A stretch of DNA of 64,000 bases from Oceanispirochaeta sp. (GTDB lineage: Bacteria; Spirochaetota; Spirochaetia; DSM-2461). Position 1 is the stretch's first letter; each line of letters opens with the position of its first letter. The stretch lies in NCBI GenBank assembly GCA_963666275.2, contig CAXXOA010000001.1:416001-480000 (forward strand), read 5' to 3'. Below are positions 18,311 through 26,002 of the stretch, in pieces. A model generated the notes under the pieces. That model was not told the DNA's origin, did no database searches, and was given only the letters and a program-made list of their open reading frames with translations. A program made the position numbers and the translations under genes.

Positions 18311-19210
18311 TCAGCTCTTGTCTGATTTGTTTCCCTCTTCCGGCTCAGAGGAAGAGGGGATCCCCCCGGGGTTTTTCTCTTCTACGGGGAGTTCCTCCCC
18401 ATCCATTTCTGCTGCAGCAGAGCTTTCCTCTTCCGGAGGGGCTGTGGTGAACAGATTGTAAAGGCTTCCTATAAGGCAGGCACTGAACTGAAGGGATATA
18501 TGAACAATATGGTATCCATCCACCTCAGTAGAGCCGCAGAAATCAATAATGGATCCGTTCAGCATAAAGGGGATATGGTCCCTTTTCATTTCCACAAGGA
18601 AGGATTCGGGCATATTTTTCAGAACATCCTCTTCGATATCCATATAGAGGGAGAGCTTGTTCACTCCCAGGCTGATAATGCGGCCCCCATAGGATTCTCC
18701 CTCGTCCGTACGGATCCTTATATCCTTTTTCACGCCCTCTCCGTTAAGCTGCCGGTGATCGAAGCTCTGGGAAATGTAGTGGATCGACGAGTAGATCGTT
18801 TTGTAGAGATCTCTGGTTTTGAAGAAAGTCTCCAGAATGGTTCTGTAGTCGTTGGGAATGCTCTGATAGTCACCGGTAAGGAGGCACTGGTTCCGGCTTT
18901 TGTTCAGTTCCCTGAAATCTTTCAGAATGATTCTTATGAAAAGGGGTACCGGCTTGCTGTAGTCAGGATGATTGAACTCCATATGGAGCATCAGGTTACC
19001 CGATGCTTCGGTAATAATCTTCTGCTCTTTCTGGCTCAGAATCAGAAGGACCTTGCAGTCCTTCAGTGAGAGCTGATAGGGAACACAGGAGAGTTTATAG
19101 TCGTCTGTCTGGATACGGCATCTGTTGCGGATGATACCCAGGGTTTCAATCATATAGGGGTTGAGGGTTATGTACTGTTCTTCCAATTCCGTGCTTTCCT
19201 TTTCTGGCAT
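18311..19210 (-). CDS. PilZN3-domain protein (PlzA-like, spirochete type) with a degenerate PilZ domain
   Basis: The N-terminal region DDYKLSCVPYQLSL...VLLILS..E...PVPLFIR resembles the spirochetal PilZN3 domain. The ORF track starts at GTG 19225; ATG 19210 is preferred. Confidence 0.65.
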   Translation of the reverse strand: MPEKESTELEEQYITLNPYMIETLGIIRNRCRIQTDDYKLSCVPYQLSLKDCKVLLILSQKEQKIITEASGNLMLHMEFNHPDYSKPVPLFIRIILKDFRELNKSRNQCLLTGDYQSIPNDYRTILETFFKTRDLYKTIYSSIHYISQSFDHRQLNGEGVKKDIRIRTDEGESYGGRIISLGVNKLSLYMDIEEDVLKNMPESFLVEMKRDHIPFMLNGSIIDFCGSTEVDGYHIVHISLQFSACLIGSLYNLFTTAPPEEESSAAAEMDGEELPVEEKNPGGIPSSSEPEEGNKSDKS

Positions 19211-19291
19211 TTGACCATTATACACAGATTTTAGAAAATTCAGTCAGAGAAAATTCCGATTCCACCGGGAACGCCCGGAGGAATCAGGGGG

Positions 19292-20233
19292 TTAATGAAA
19301 CAATTCCCCGATGCTGTCGCCTGTATGGATCCGTTTGATGGCCTCTGCTATCAGCGGGGCTGCTGAAATAATCTGCAGTCCCGGCAGCTCTTTTTCCGGG
19401 GGAACATCCACTGTGTTGGACACAAGAAGACCCTGAATATCCAGATTCTTAAGCCGCTGGATCGCAGGGCCGCAGAGAACCGGATGAACCGCTCCCACCA
19501 GGATATCCCGGACACCCGCTTTTTTAAGGGTTTCCACCGTTTTGAGAATGGTACCGCCTGTGGATATTTCATCATCGAAAATCAGAACATCCCGGCCTTC
19601 CACTTCGCCCACCACATGACCCTGCTGGACCTCTGTGTCGCTGATCCGTCTTTTATCGATAATCGCCAGGGACAGTCCCGCCAGTTCGGCAAAGTGGGCC
19701 GCCCTTTTGGCTCCCCCCGCGTCAGTGGCTACAGCCACCAGGTTTTCCGTATCGTAATGGCTCTTCACATAGTCCGCCAGAAGGGGAATCGCTGTGAGAT
19801 GATCCACAGGCATGCTGAAGAAGCCGTGTACCTGATCCGAATGGAGGTCCATGGTAAGAACCCTGTCGGCTCCTGATGTCTTGAGCAGATCCGCTATCAG
19901 TCTGGCTGTAATGGATATGCGGGGGGCGTCCTTTTTATCCGACCGGGCGTAGGAGTAGTAGGGGATCACAGCGGTGATTCTGCCGGCCGATGCGCTGCGC
20001 AGGGCATCCAGTGTGATCAGAAGGGTCACAAGATTATGGCTCACCGGCTCTGCCAGGGACTGAAAGACGAACACATCTTTTTCTCTGACACTCTCCAGGA
20101 TCTGAACCGAAAGGTTGTCATTGGAAAACCGGGATATTGCCAGGGGGCTCAGTTCCAGTCCCAGACGGGTACAGACCTGCTCCGCCAGGTCGGGATTGGA
20201 TCCGCAGCAGAAAATCTTCATGGCATTTTTCAT
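19292..20233 (-). CDS. prs: Ribose-phosphate pyrophosphokinase
   Basis: FSNDN...ESVR, YYSYARSDKK, DLHSDQVHGFF and DDEISTGGT motifs. Confidence 0.93.
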   Translation of the reverse strand: MKNAMKIFCCGSNPDLAEQVCTRLGLELSPLAISRFSNDNLSVQILESVREKDVFVFQSLAEPVSHNLVTLLITLDALRSASAGRITAVIPYYSYARSDKKDAPRISITARLIADLLKTSGADRVLTMDLHSDQVHGFFSMPVDHLTAIPLLADYVKSHYDTENLVAVATDAGGAKRAAHFAELAGLSLAIIDKRRISDTEVQQGHVVGEVEGRDVLIFDDEISTGGTILKTVETLKKAGVRDILVGAVHPVLCGPAIQRLKNLDIQGLLVSNTVDVPPEKELPGLQIISAAPLIAEAIKRIHTGDSIGELFH

Positions 20234-22062
20234 ACGTTTTTCCCCAGTACTTTCAGAGCCAGTTCCACTTTGCCGAAGGGGGCGCTGACCTGGAATCCCT
20301 GTACGTAGGTATCAATGGCTTCACAGATCTCCGTGGCAATCCTGAGTCCCTCGGCTATGCCCTCCTCCCGGGACTGGCAGCGGCTCATCCTTTCCATTAC
20401 CGAGTCGGGAACTTCCACTCCCGGGACTTCGTTCCGCATAAACTCGGCATTTTTAAAGCTCACAAGAGGCCACACCCCGGCGATGACAGGGATCTGGCCG
20501 AAGGAAGAGGCCTTCTCCAGGAAATTCAGGAGAGCCATGGGGTCGAAAACGGGCTGGGTGATGGCAAACTCGGCTCCCGCTTCGATCTTCCTTCTGTAGC
20601 GGTCCAGTTCCAGTTCAGGAGAGACCGCACAGGGATTGGCTCCCACTCCCGTAAAGATCGAAGTGGGGGGGGATATGGGGTTGCCCCCGAAGTCCCGGCC
20701 GTAGTTCATATTCCGGACCACCTGGGTGAGTCCGATGGCATCCACATCAAAGACTCCGGTCACCTCCGGGTAGTCTCCCGACTTGGGAGGATCTCCTGTG
20801 ATGACAAGGAAGTTCTTCAGCCCCGCCGCCACGCTTCCCAGTATATCCGACTGCATTCCCAGAAGGTTCCTGTCCCGGCAGGTGTAGTGAAGAACCGCTT
20901 CGATTCCCGCCTCTTTCTGTATCACCGAAGCGGCGATCATGGGGGAGACCCTGGCACTGGCCCGGGGGCCGTCGGGTATATTGATCGCATCCACGCCGTG
21001 GTAGGCGCAGGTTCTGGCTTTGGCAAGAAAGGCTGAAAGATCGGTGCTCCGGGGAGGGGTAATCTCAACGGATGTGACTTTCACTCCCTGCTTGATCAGG
21101 CAGGCCAGACGGGATTTGTCCTCCTGGGGGACAGGCTTGAAATCCTGGTCTTCCTGCAGGGCCGCTTTGACTTGGATATGCTTTTTGACAACACTGATGG
21201 CTTTGACAGCCCGGGAGGCATCCCGGATATGATCCGGTGTGGTTCCGCAGCATCCGCCTACCGCACGGACTCCCAGTTCCATGAATTTCTTGGCATACTT
21301 GGTAAAATAGTCCGGATTGGAAAGGTAGATCATCCTCCCGTCCAGTTCTTTGGGAAAACCCGCATTGGGCAGAACAATGACCGGTTTTTCCGTGAGCCCC
21401 ATGGCTTCTCTGACCCACTCATACAGATGGGAGGGGCCGGTGCCGCAGTTGAGGCCTATCATCTGAACCGCATCGCTCCTGTTGAGCTTGTCAATGACGA
21501 TCCTCAGACTCTCGCCTCCGGGGGTATAGCCCTCTTCGGTAAGGGTAAAGGAGGCGCACACAGGTTTGCCGCAGGAGGAAGCCGCCCGGGCGGCCACAAG
21601 AAGCTCTGCACTGTGACTGAAGGTTTCAAGAAGAAACATATCCACTCCGCCCTGATTCAAGGCATCCGCCTGTTCTCTGAACACATCAGAGAGTTCTTCT
21701 TTTCTGTCGGGCCTCAGGATCTGACCGGACTTGAGGCAGGGTCCCATGGAACCGGCCACATAGAGCTCCTCTTCCGCGTATTTCCTGGCCAGTCTGGCCG
21801 CCGCAAGATTGATCTCTCTGACCTTGTCCCCCAGACCGTGTTCGGCCAGTTTGATCCGGTTGGCACCAAAGGAGTTTGTTTCAAGAACATCCGCCCCGGC
21901 GTCTCTGTATTCCTGATGGATCTCTCCCACCAGGTCGGGGGAGGTCAGGTTCAGCTCATCGTAGCAGCGGTTCAGAAAAACGCCTTTGCTGTAGAGCATT
22001 GTTCCCATGGCACCGTCAAATACCAGGGGCTGTTCCTTGATTCTCTCGAGTATGGGCTTCAC
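20230..22062 (-). CDS. yitJ: Bifunctional homocysteine S-methyltransferase / 5,10-methylene-THF reductase (YitJ-like)
   Basis: N-terminal DGAMGT, GLNC and GGCCGT (Zn ligands). C-terminal MTHFR motifs VEITPP, INIPDGPRA, HYTCRDRN, ITGDP and ITQPVFD. Confidence 0.93.
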   Translation of the reverse strand: MKPILERIKEQPLVFDGAMGTMLYSKGVFLNRCYDELNLTSPDLVGEIHQEYRDAGADVLETNSFGANRIKLAEHGLGDKVREINLAAARLARKYAEEELYVAGSMGPCLKSGQILRPDRKEELSDVFREQADALNQGGVDMFLLETFSHSAELLVAARAASSCGKPVCASFTLTEEGYTPGGESLRIVIDKLNRSDAVQMIGLNCGTGPSHLYEWVREAMGLTEKPVIVLPNAGFPKELDGRMIYLSNPDYFTKYAKKFMELGVRAVGGCCGTTPDHIRDASRAVKAISVVKKHIQVKAALQEDQDFKPVPQEDKSRLACLIKQGVKVTSVEITPPRSTDLSAFLAKARTCAYHGVDAINIPDGPRASARVSPMIAASVIQKEAGIEAVLHYTCRDRNLLGMQSDILGSVAAGLKNFLVITGDPPKSGDYPEVTGVFDVDAIGLTQVVRNMNYGRDFGGNPISPPTSIFTGVGANPCAVSPELELDRYRRKIEAGAEFAITQPVFDPMALLNFLEKASSFGQIPVIAGVWPLVSFKNAEFMRNEVPGVEVPDSVMERMSRCQSREEGIAEGLRIATEICEAIDTYVQGFQVSAPFGKVELALKVLGKNV

Positions 22063-22120
22063 GACTTAAAAACTCCTTCTTCTGTGTTCTTTTTTAAAAT
22101 AGCGGACCTGCTGTTCTGAC

Positions 22121-22279
22121 TCAGTCCAGTGGGTCGAAATTGTCTTTTGTGGTGTAGCAAAGAGGGCAGACCCAGGTATCGGGAAGGTCCTCGAAAGCGG
22201 TCCCCGCAGGGATATCCCCCATGGGGTCTCCCTGGGCCGGATCATAGATGTATCCGCAGTTAATGCAAATATATTTCAT
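22121..22279 (-). CDS. Rubredoxin (52 aa)
   Basis: Not in the ORF track. Manual translation: [52 protein letters not shown]. It has two CxxC loops and SD GGAG upstream. Confidence 0.95.
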   Translation of the reverse strand: MKYICINCGYIYDPAQGDPMGDIPAGTAFEDLPDTWVCPLCYTTKDNFDPLD

Positions 22280-22295
22280 TCAGGCTCTCCTTTTT

Positions 22296-24746
22296 TTATA
22301 CGGCAAAGTACTTTGCCTGGGGATGATGCGCCACCAGAGCCGATGTGGACTGCTCGGGGACCATCTCATAGTTTTCCGTCAGGGTAATGCCGATCCTTTC
22401 GGGTTTCAGCATTTCAAAGACAGGACCGTGGGCTGATATATCCGGGCAGGAGGGGTAACCGAATCCGTACCGGGACCCCTGGTACTGCTGGGTTACATAG
22501 CCGTGTATGCTTTCCGGCTCTGACGAGGCAATGCCCATTTCCACCCGCATCCTCTTGTGCCAGTACTCCGCCAGGGCGTCTGTCACCTCCACGCTGAAGG
22601 CATGGAGCATCAGATAGTCGTGATAGGCATCCGCTTCATAGAGCTCGGCGGTCCGTTTGGAAACCTCGTCGCCGATGGTGACCACAAACAGTCCGGCCAC
22701 ATCCCCCCCCTCTTCGGCGCTCTTGTAATAGTCCGAAAGACAGAGGAAGGGAGCTTCTCCCTGCCGGGGAAAGGGGTAGTCATACTCCTTCCCGTTGTGC
22801 TGCATTACAAGGGTCTCCCCCCGGCTTTCGCAGGCGAAGTAGCCGTAGGCGGCGGCGGGTTTGATCAGTCCCTCATGGAGGAACTGCCGGCGGAACTCTT
22901 CGTACAGGGGTTCCACTTTGGTTTTGATCAGTTCGCTGTACTCTTCCCCGGTCATCTTGCCCCGTCTGTAGCCCCAGCGGCCCCGGAACAGGGCCTGTTT
23001 GTTGATCAGGGAGAGCACTTCCTCCAGGTCTATGTCGGTGACGATTCTGTCTCCCAGAAAAGGGGGATCGGGAACCGGATTATCCCGGAGGATTTCTGCA
23101 TCTCTTCGTCCCGGCTTGACTGTTTCTCCCGTACTTCTGGCTTCCCAGGTGGTGGCTGCCAGTTTTCCCGCTTCAAAATCCCGCACCTTTTTCAGAGCAT
23201 CAAAGGCATCGGAGTTATAGACTACAGGATGGGTGTAGCCGGGAACACAGCTTTCGGCCACAAACTTCTTTGTCAGGGCGGCTCCCCCCAGAAAGATGGG
23301 AACCTTCAATCCCGCTTCCTCGTACTGGCTCATGCTCTCTTTCATGACCATGGCGGATTTTACAAGCAGCCCGCTGAGGCCTATGATATCCACCTCTTTT
23401 TCCCGGGCCTGCTGGATGATGGTTTCCGCAGGGACTTTGATCCCAATATTGTAAACCTTGTAGCCGTTGTTGCTGAGGATAATATCCACAAGGTTTTTTC
23501 CTATGTCATGGACATCGCCCTGAACAGTAGCCAGGAGGATCTTTGTCTGGTTGCCTGATTCGGCCTTTTCCATAAGGGGTTCCAGGTAGCGGACCGAGGC
23601 TTTCATGGTTTCGGCCGACTGGAGAACGAAGGGCAGGAGGATCTCTCCCTTTCCGAAGAGCTCGCCCACATGCCGCATGGCCGGTATGAGCACATCGTTG
23701 ATTATGCCGATGGGGGTGTTCCTCTGAAGGAGCATATCCAGAATGTCTGTCAGATCATCCCGGTTTCCCGCTACGATCTTGTCGTACATCTGGGTTTCCA
23801 GGGGTTTCCATTTTGTGTCTTTTTCATCTTCGTCGCTGATTTTGGCATCGGAAAAGTGATCGATAAACAGCAGAAGGGGAGACTTATCTTCGTTTTTCAC
23901 CCTGTCATAGAGCAGATCCATACAGATCTCTCTGTCCTCCTCGCTGATCGAGGCCAGGGGGAGGATTTTGGCGGCGTCGATGATACAAGAGTCCAGTCCC
24001 GCCTCCAGGGCTTCATGGAGGAATACCGCATTGAGAATCCTACGGGAGGGGGCGGAAAGGCCGAAAGATATATTGCTCAGCCCCAGCATGGTCAGGCAGC
24101 CGGGGAGCTCTTTTTTGATAAGCCGGATGGCATCCATGGTTTGAACCGCCGCATCCCTCAGGTTTTCATCCCCCGCTCCGACCGTAAAGGTGAGGGGATC
24201 AAAAAGGATGTCATGGGGTCTGATACCGAACTCTCCGACCGCAATATCATAGATCCGGCGGGCCACTTCCAGCTTTTTCTCCGCCGTCATGGCCATCCCG
24301 TCTTCGTCTATGGTCAGGGCCACCACGGCGGCACCGTATTTTTTCACAACCTTCAGGACCCGGTAGATGTTCTTTCCCCCGTCCTCCAGGTTCACCGAGT
24401 TGACAATGCACCGGCCCGGATAGAGTTTCAAAGACTCCTCAATCACTTCCGGAGTGGTGGAATCAATCATTAAAGGGGTTTTCAGGGATCCCGCAAAGAG
24501 GGGGACCAGGGTGGTCATGTCCTTCATCTCGTCCCGGCCCGCATAGGCGGTACACAGGTCGATCACATGGGCTCCTGCGGCTTCCTGATCCCGGCCCATG
24601 GTCAGACAGCTGCCGTAGTCGTCGGCCAGGAGGAACTCCCTGAATTTTTTCGAACCGTTGGAGTTGCACCTTTCCCCGATGATTAGGGGCTTTATTTCCT
24701 GAACCAGTTCCACTGATTCATATAGGCTGGCTATGGAAGGTTTCAC
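22296..24746 (-). CDS. metH: Cobalamin-dependent methionine synthase, folate/cap/B12/AdoMet-reactivation part (split MetH)
   Basis: IGERCN, MIDST and VNSVNLEDG (pterin-binding); LPFVLQSA (cap); GDVHDIGKN and SGLL (B12); RYGFGYPSCP and PEQSTSA (reactivation). GTG start. Confidence 0.93.
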   Translation of the reverse strand: MKPSIASLYESVELVQEIKPLIIGERCNSNGSKKFREFLLADDYGSCLTMGRDQEAAGAHVIDLCTAYAGRDEMKDMTTLVPLFAGSLKTPLMIDSTTPEVIEESLKLYPGRCIVNSVNLEDGGKNIYRVLKVVKKYGAAVVALTIDEDGMAMTAEKKLEVARRIYDIAVGEFGIRPHDILFDPLTFTVGAGDENLRDAAVQTMDAIRLIKKELPGCLTMLGLSNISFGLSAPSRRILNAVFLHEALEAGLDSCIIDAAKILPLASISEEDREICMDLLYDRVKNEDKSPLLLFIDHFSDAKISDEDEKDTKWKPLETQMYDKIVAGNRDDLTDILDMLLQRNTPIGIINDVLIPAMRHVGELFGKGEILLPFVLQSAETMKASVRYLEPLMEKAESGNQTKILLATVQGDVHDIGKNLVDIILSNNGYKVYNIGIKVPAETIIQQAREKEVDIIGLSGLLVKSAMVMKESMSQYEEAGLKVPIFLGGAALTKKFVAESCVPGYTHPVVYNSDAFDALKKVRDFEAGKLAATTWEARSTGETVKPGRRDAEILRDNPVPDPPFLGDRIVTDIDLEEVLSLINKQALFRGRWGYRRGKMTGEEYSELIKTKVEPLYEEFRRQFLHEGLIKPAAAYGYFACESRGETLVMQHNGKEYDYPFPRQGEAPFLCLSDYYKSAEEGGDVAGLFVVTIGDEVSKRTAELYEADAYHDYLMLHAFSVEVTDALAEYWHKRMRVEMGIASSEPESIHGYVTQQYQGSRYGFGYPSCPDISAHGPVFEMLKPERIGITLTENYEMVPEQSTSALVAHHPQAKYFAV

Positions 24747-25666
24747 TGCTGCACCTCCCTCTGGGCCGGTTCAATTCCCGAAACAGCCTCTTTCAGCGCT
24801 CTAATATGATCCGGAGTGGAGCCGCAGCATCCCCCCACCAGGGAAACGCCCCATTTTTCCACAAAGGTTTTCATTTCTCCCGCAAAGTGTTCGGGGGTCA
24901 TGGGATAGCAGGTCTTCCCGTCTATGATTTCGGGCAGTCCCTGATTGGGAAGGCAGGAAACCCTTCCGCTCCAGTTATGGCTGAGCCAGTGTATGGAGGA
25001 CTGCATATCCTCCGGCCCGGTGGCGCAGTTCAGGCCGAAAGCGAAGACCGGAAAGGGCTCTATGATGGCAGCAGCCGCAGCTATATCCGAGCCGGCCAGC
25101 ATGGTGCCAGTTTTTTCTATGGTTACCGAGATGATCAGGGGGAGCTCTTTTCCCAGTTCCTCCATCACTTCTCCAGCGGCTATGAGAGATGTTTTGAGCT
25201 GCAGTACATCCTGGGCTGTTTCAAGCATCAGCAGGTCTACTCCCGCATTGATGAGGGCGCGGACCTGATCCTTGTAGGCTCTGTTGACTTCATCCACAGT
25301 GATGTGCCCCAGCGAGGGGAGTTTTGTCCCGGGACCGCAGGAGCCGGCGACCCAGCCGTGTCCGGAGAGTTCCACTGCCCTGCGGGCCGCTTCCACACCG
25401 GCCCGGTTGATCTCTTCCACTCTGTCCTCCAGTCCGTATTCGCTGAGAACAATAGAAGAGGCTCCGAAGGTATTGGTTTCGATGATATCGGCTCCCGCAT
25501 CAAGGAACTCCCTGTGCATCTCTGTTATCTTTTCAGGACAACTGATATTCAGGTATTCGTTGCACCCCTCGTTGCCGTCCCACACAGATTCAGGAAGGTC
25601 CATGTTCTGTATGCTTGTTCCGCAGGCTCCATCAAGGATTAACAGCTTTTTCTCTTGTAAATCCAT
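24743..25666 (-). CDS. metH: Homocysteine-binding (S-methyltransferase) module of split MetH
   Basis: LDGACGT, ETNTFG, GPGTKLP, GLNCATGP, PNQGLP and GGCCGS motifs. Its stop overlaps the next GTG (GTGA). ATG 25666 follows SD GGAG (the ORF opens at 25678). Confidence 0.92.
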   Translation of the reverse strand: MDLQEKKLLILDGACGTSIQNMDLPESVWDGNEGCNEYLNISCPEKITEMHREFLDAGADIIETNTFGASSIVLSEYGLEDRVEEINRAGVEAARRAVELSGHGWVAGSCGPGTKLPSLGHITVDEVNRAYKDQVRALINAGVDLLMLETAQDVLQLKTSLIAAGEVMEELGKELPLIISVTIEKTGTMLAGSDIAAAAAIIEPFPVFAFGLNCATGPEDMQSSIHWLSHNWSGRVSCLPNQGLPEIIDGKTCYPMTPEHFAGEMKTFVEKWGVSLVGGCCGSTPDHIRALKEAVSGIEPAQREVQQ

Positions 25667-25735
25667 TCTTTCTCCCATTTTTTCTCTGTTTTGTCCTATA
25701 CAGGCTTTCCGACCGGTCCGTCGAAATTGTCACCT

Positions 25736-25764
25736 AGTATAGACACTTTGCATAGGAAAGTCTA
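25736..25764 (-). promoter_or_regulatory. Sigma-70 promoter of the met operon
   Basis: TAGACT-17 bp-TATACT on the minus strand. Confidence 0.6.
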
Positions 25765-25845
25765 AGCCCCCGGAGCCGGGCTTGTCCATTTCTCCCGGAT
25801 CTTTCAGAAGCCGACGGGTTCTGTTTGTGCCCGGGAGGAAAACTC

Positions 25846-25874
25846 TTGACTTTTTGTCCATGTCACCCTACTTT
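25846..25874 (+). promoter_or_regulatory. Sigma-70 promoter of the ECF-coaX operon
   Basis: TTGACT-17 bp-TACTTT. The predicted TSS near 25880 is immediately at the hairpin. Confidence 0.65.
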
Positions 25875-25879
25875 TTAAT

Positions 25880-25921
25880 CACCAGTACGCCTGGATCTGT
25901 TAAAGACCGGGACGTGAGGTG
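25880..25921 (+). ncRNA. Cis-regulatory hairpin with two bulged A residues, pan RNA motif-like (copy 1)
   Basis: CACC-AGT-ACG-CCUGG-A-UCU-GUUAA-AGA-CCGGG-A-CGU-GA-GGUG, located in the 5' UTR of pantothenate/CoA genes. Confidence 0.7.
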
Positions 25922-25927
25922 TAAACA

Positions 25928-26002
25928 ATGAAAAAGAAAACTGAATATATATCTCATTATCAGTCCCAGCCCCCTTCAGGGAGGGTCTATGGACAGCTCT
26001 GA
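25928..26002 (+). CDS. Putative 24-aa leader peptide (uORF) overlapping the ecfA start
   Basis: SD GAGGTG, then 6 nt, then ATG: MKKKTEYISHYQSQPPSGRVYGQL*. The SD lies in the 3' arm of the hairpin. Confidence 0.4.
   Translation: MKKKTEYISHYQSQPPSGRVYGQL

Noticed and set aside
24735..24755. metH as a frameshifted pseudogene
   Set aside because: The break falls at a domain boundary with an SD and GTG restart, and both halves keep their catalytic motifs, so it is treated as a genuine split.
25667..25735. SAM or cobalamin riboswitch in the met operon leader
   Set aside because: The leader is only about 65 nt with two weak hairpins and no recognisable S-box, SAM-II/V or B12-box consensus. A 12-mer (GACAATTTCGAC) shared with the rubredoxin 3' end is plausibly chance.
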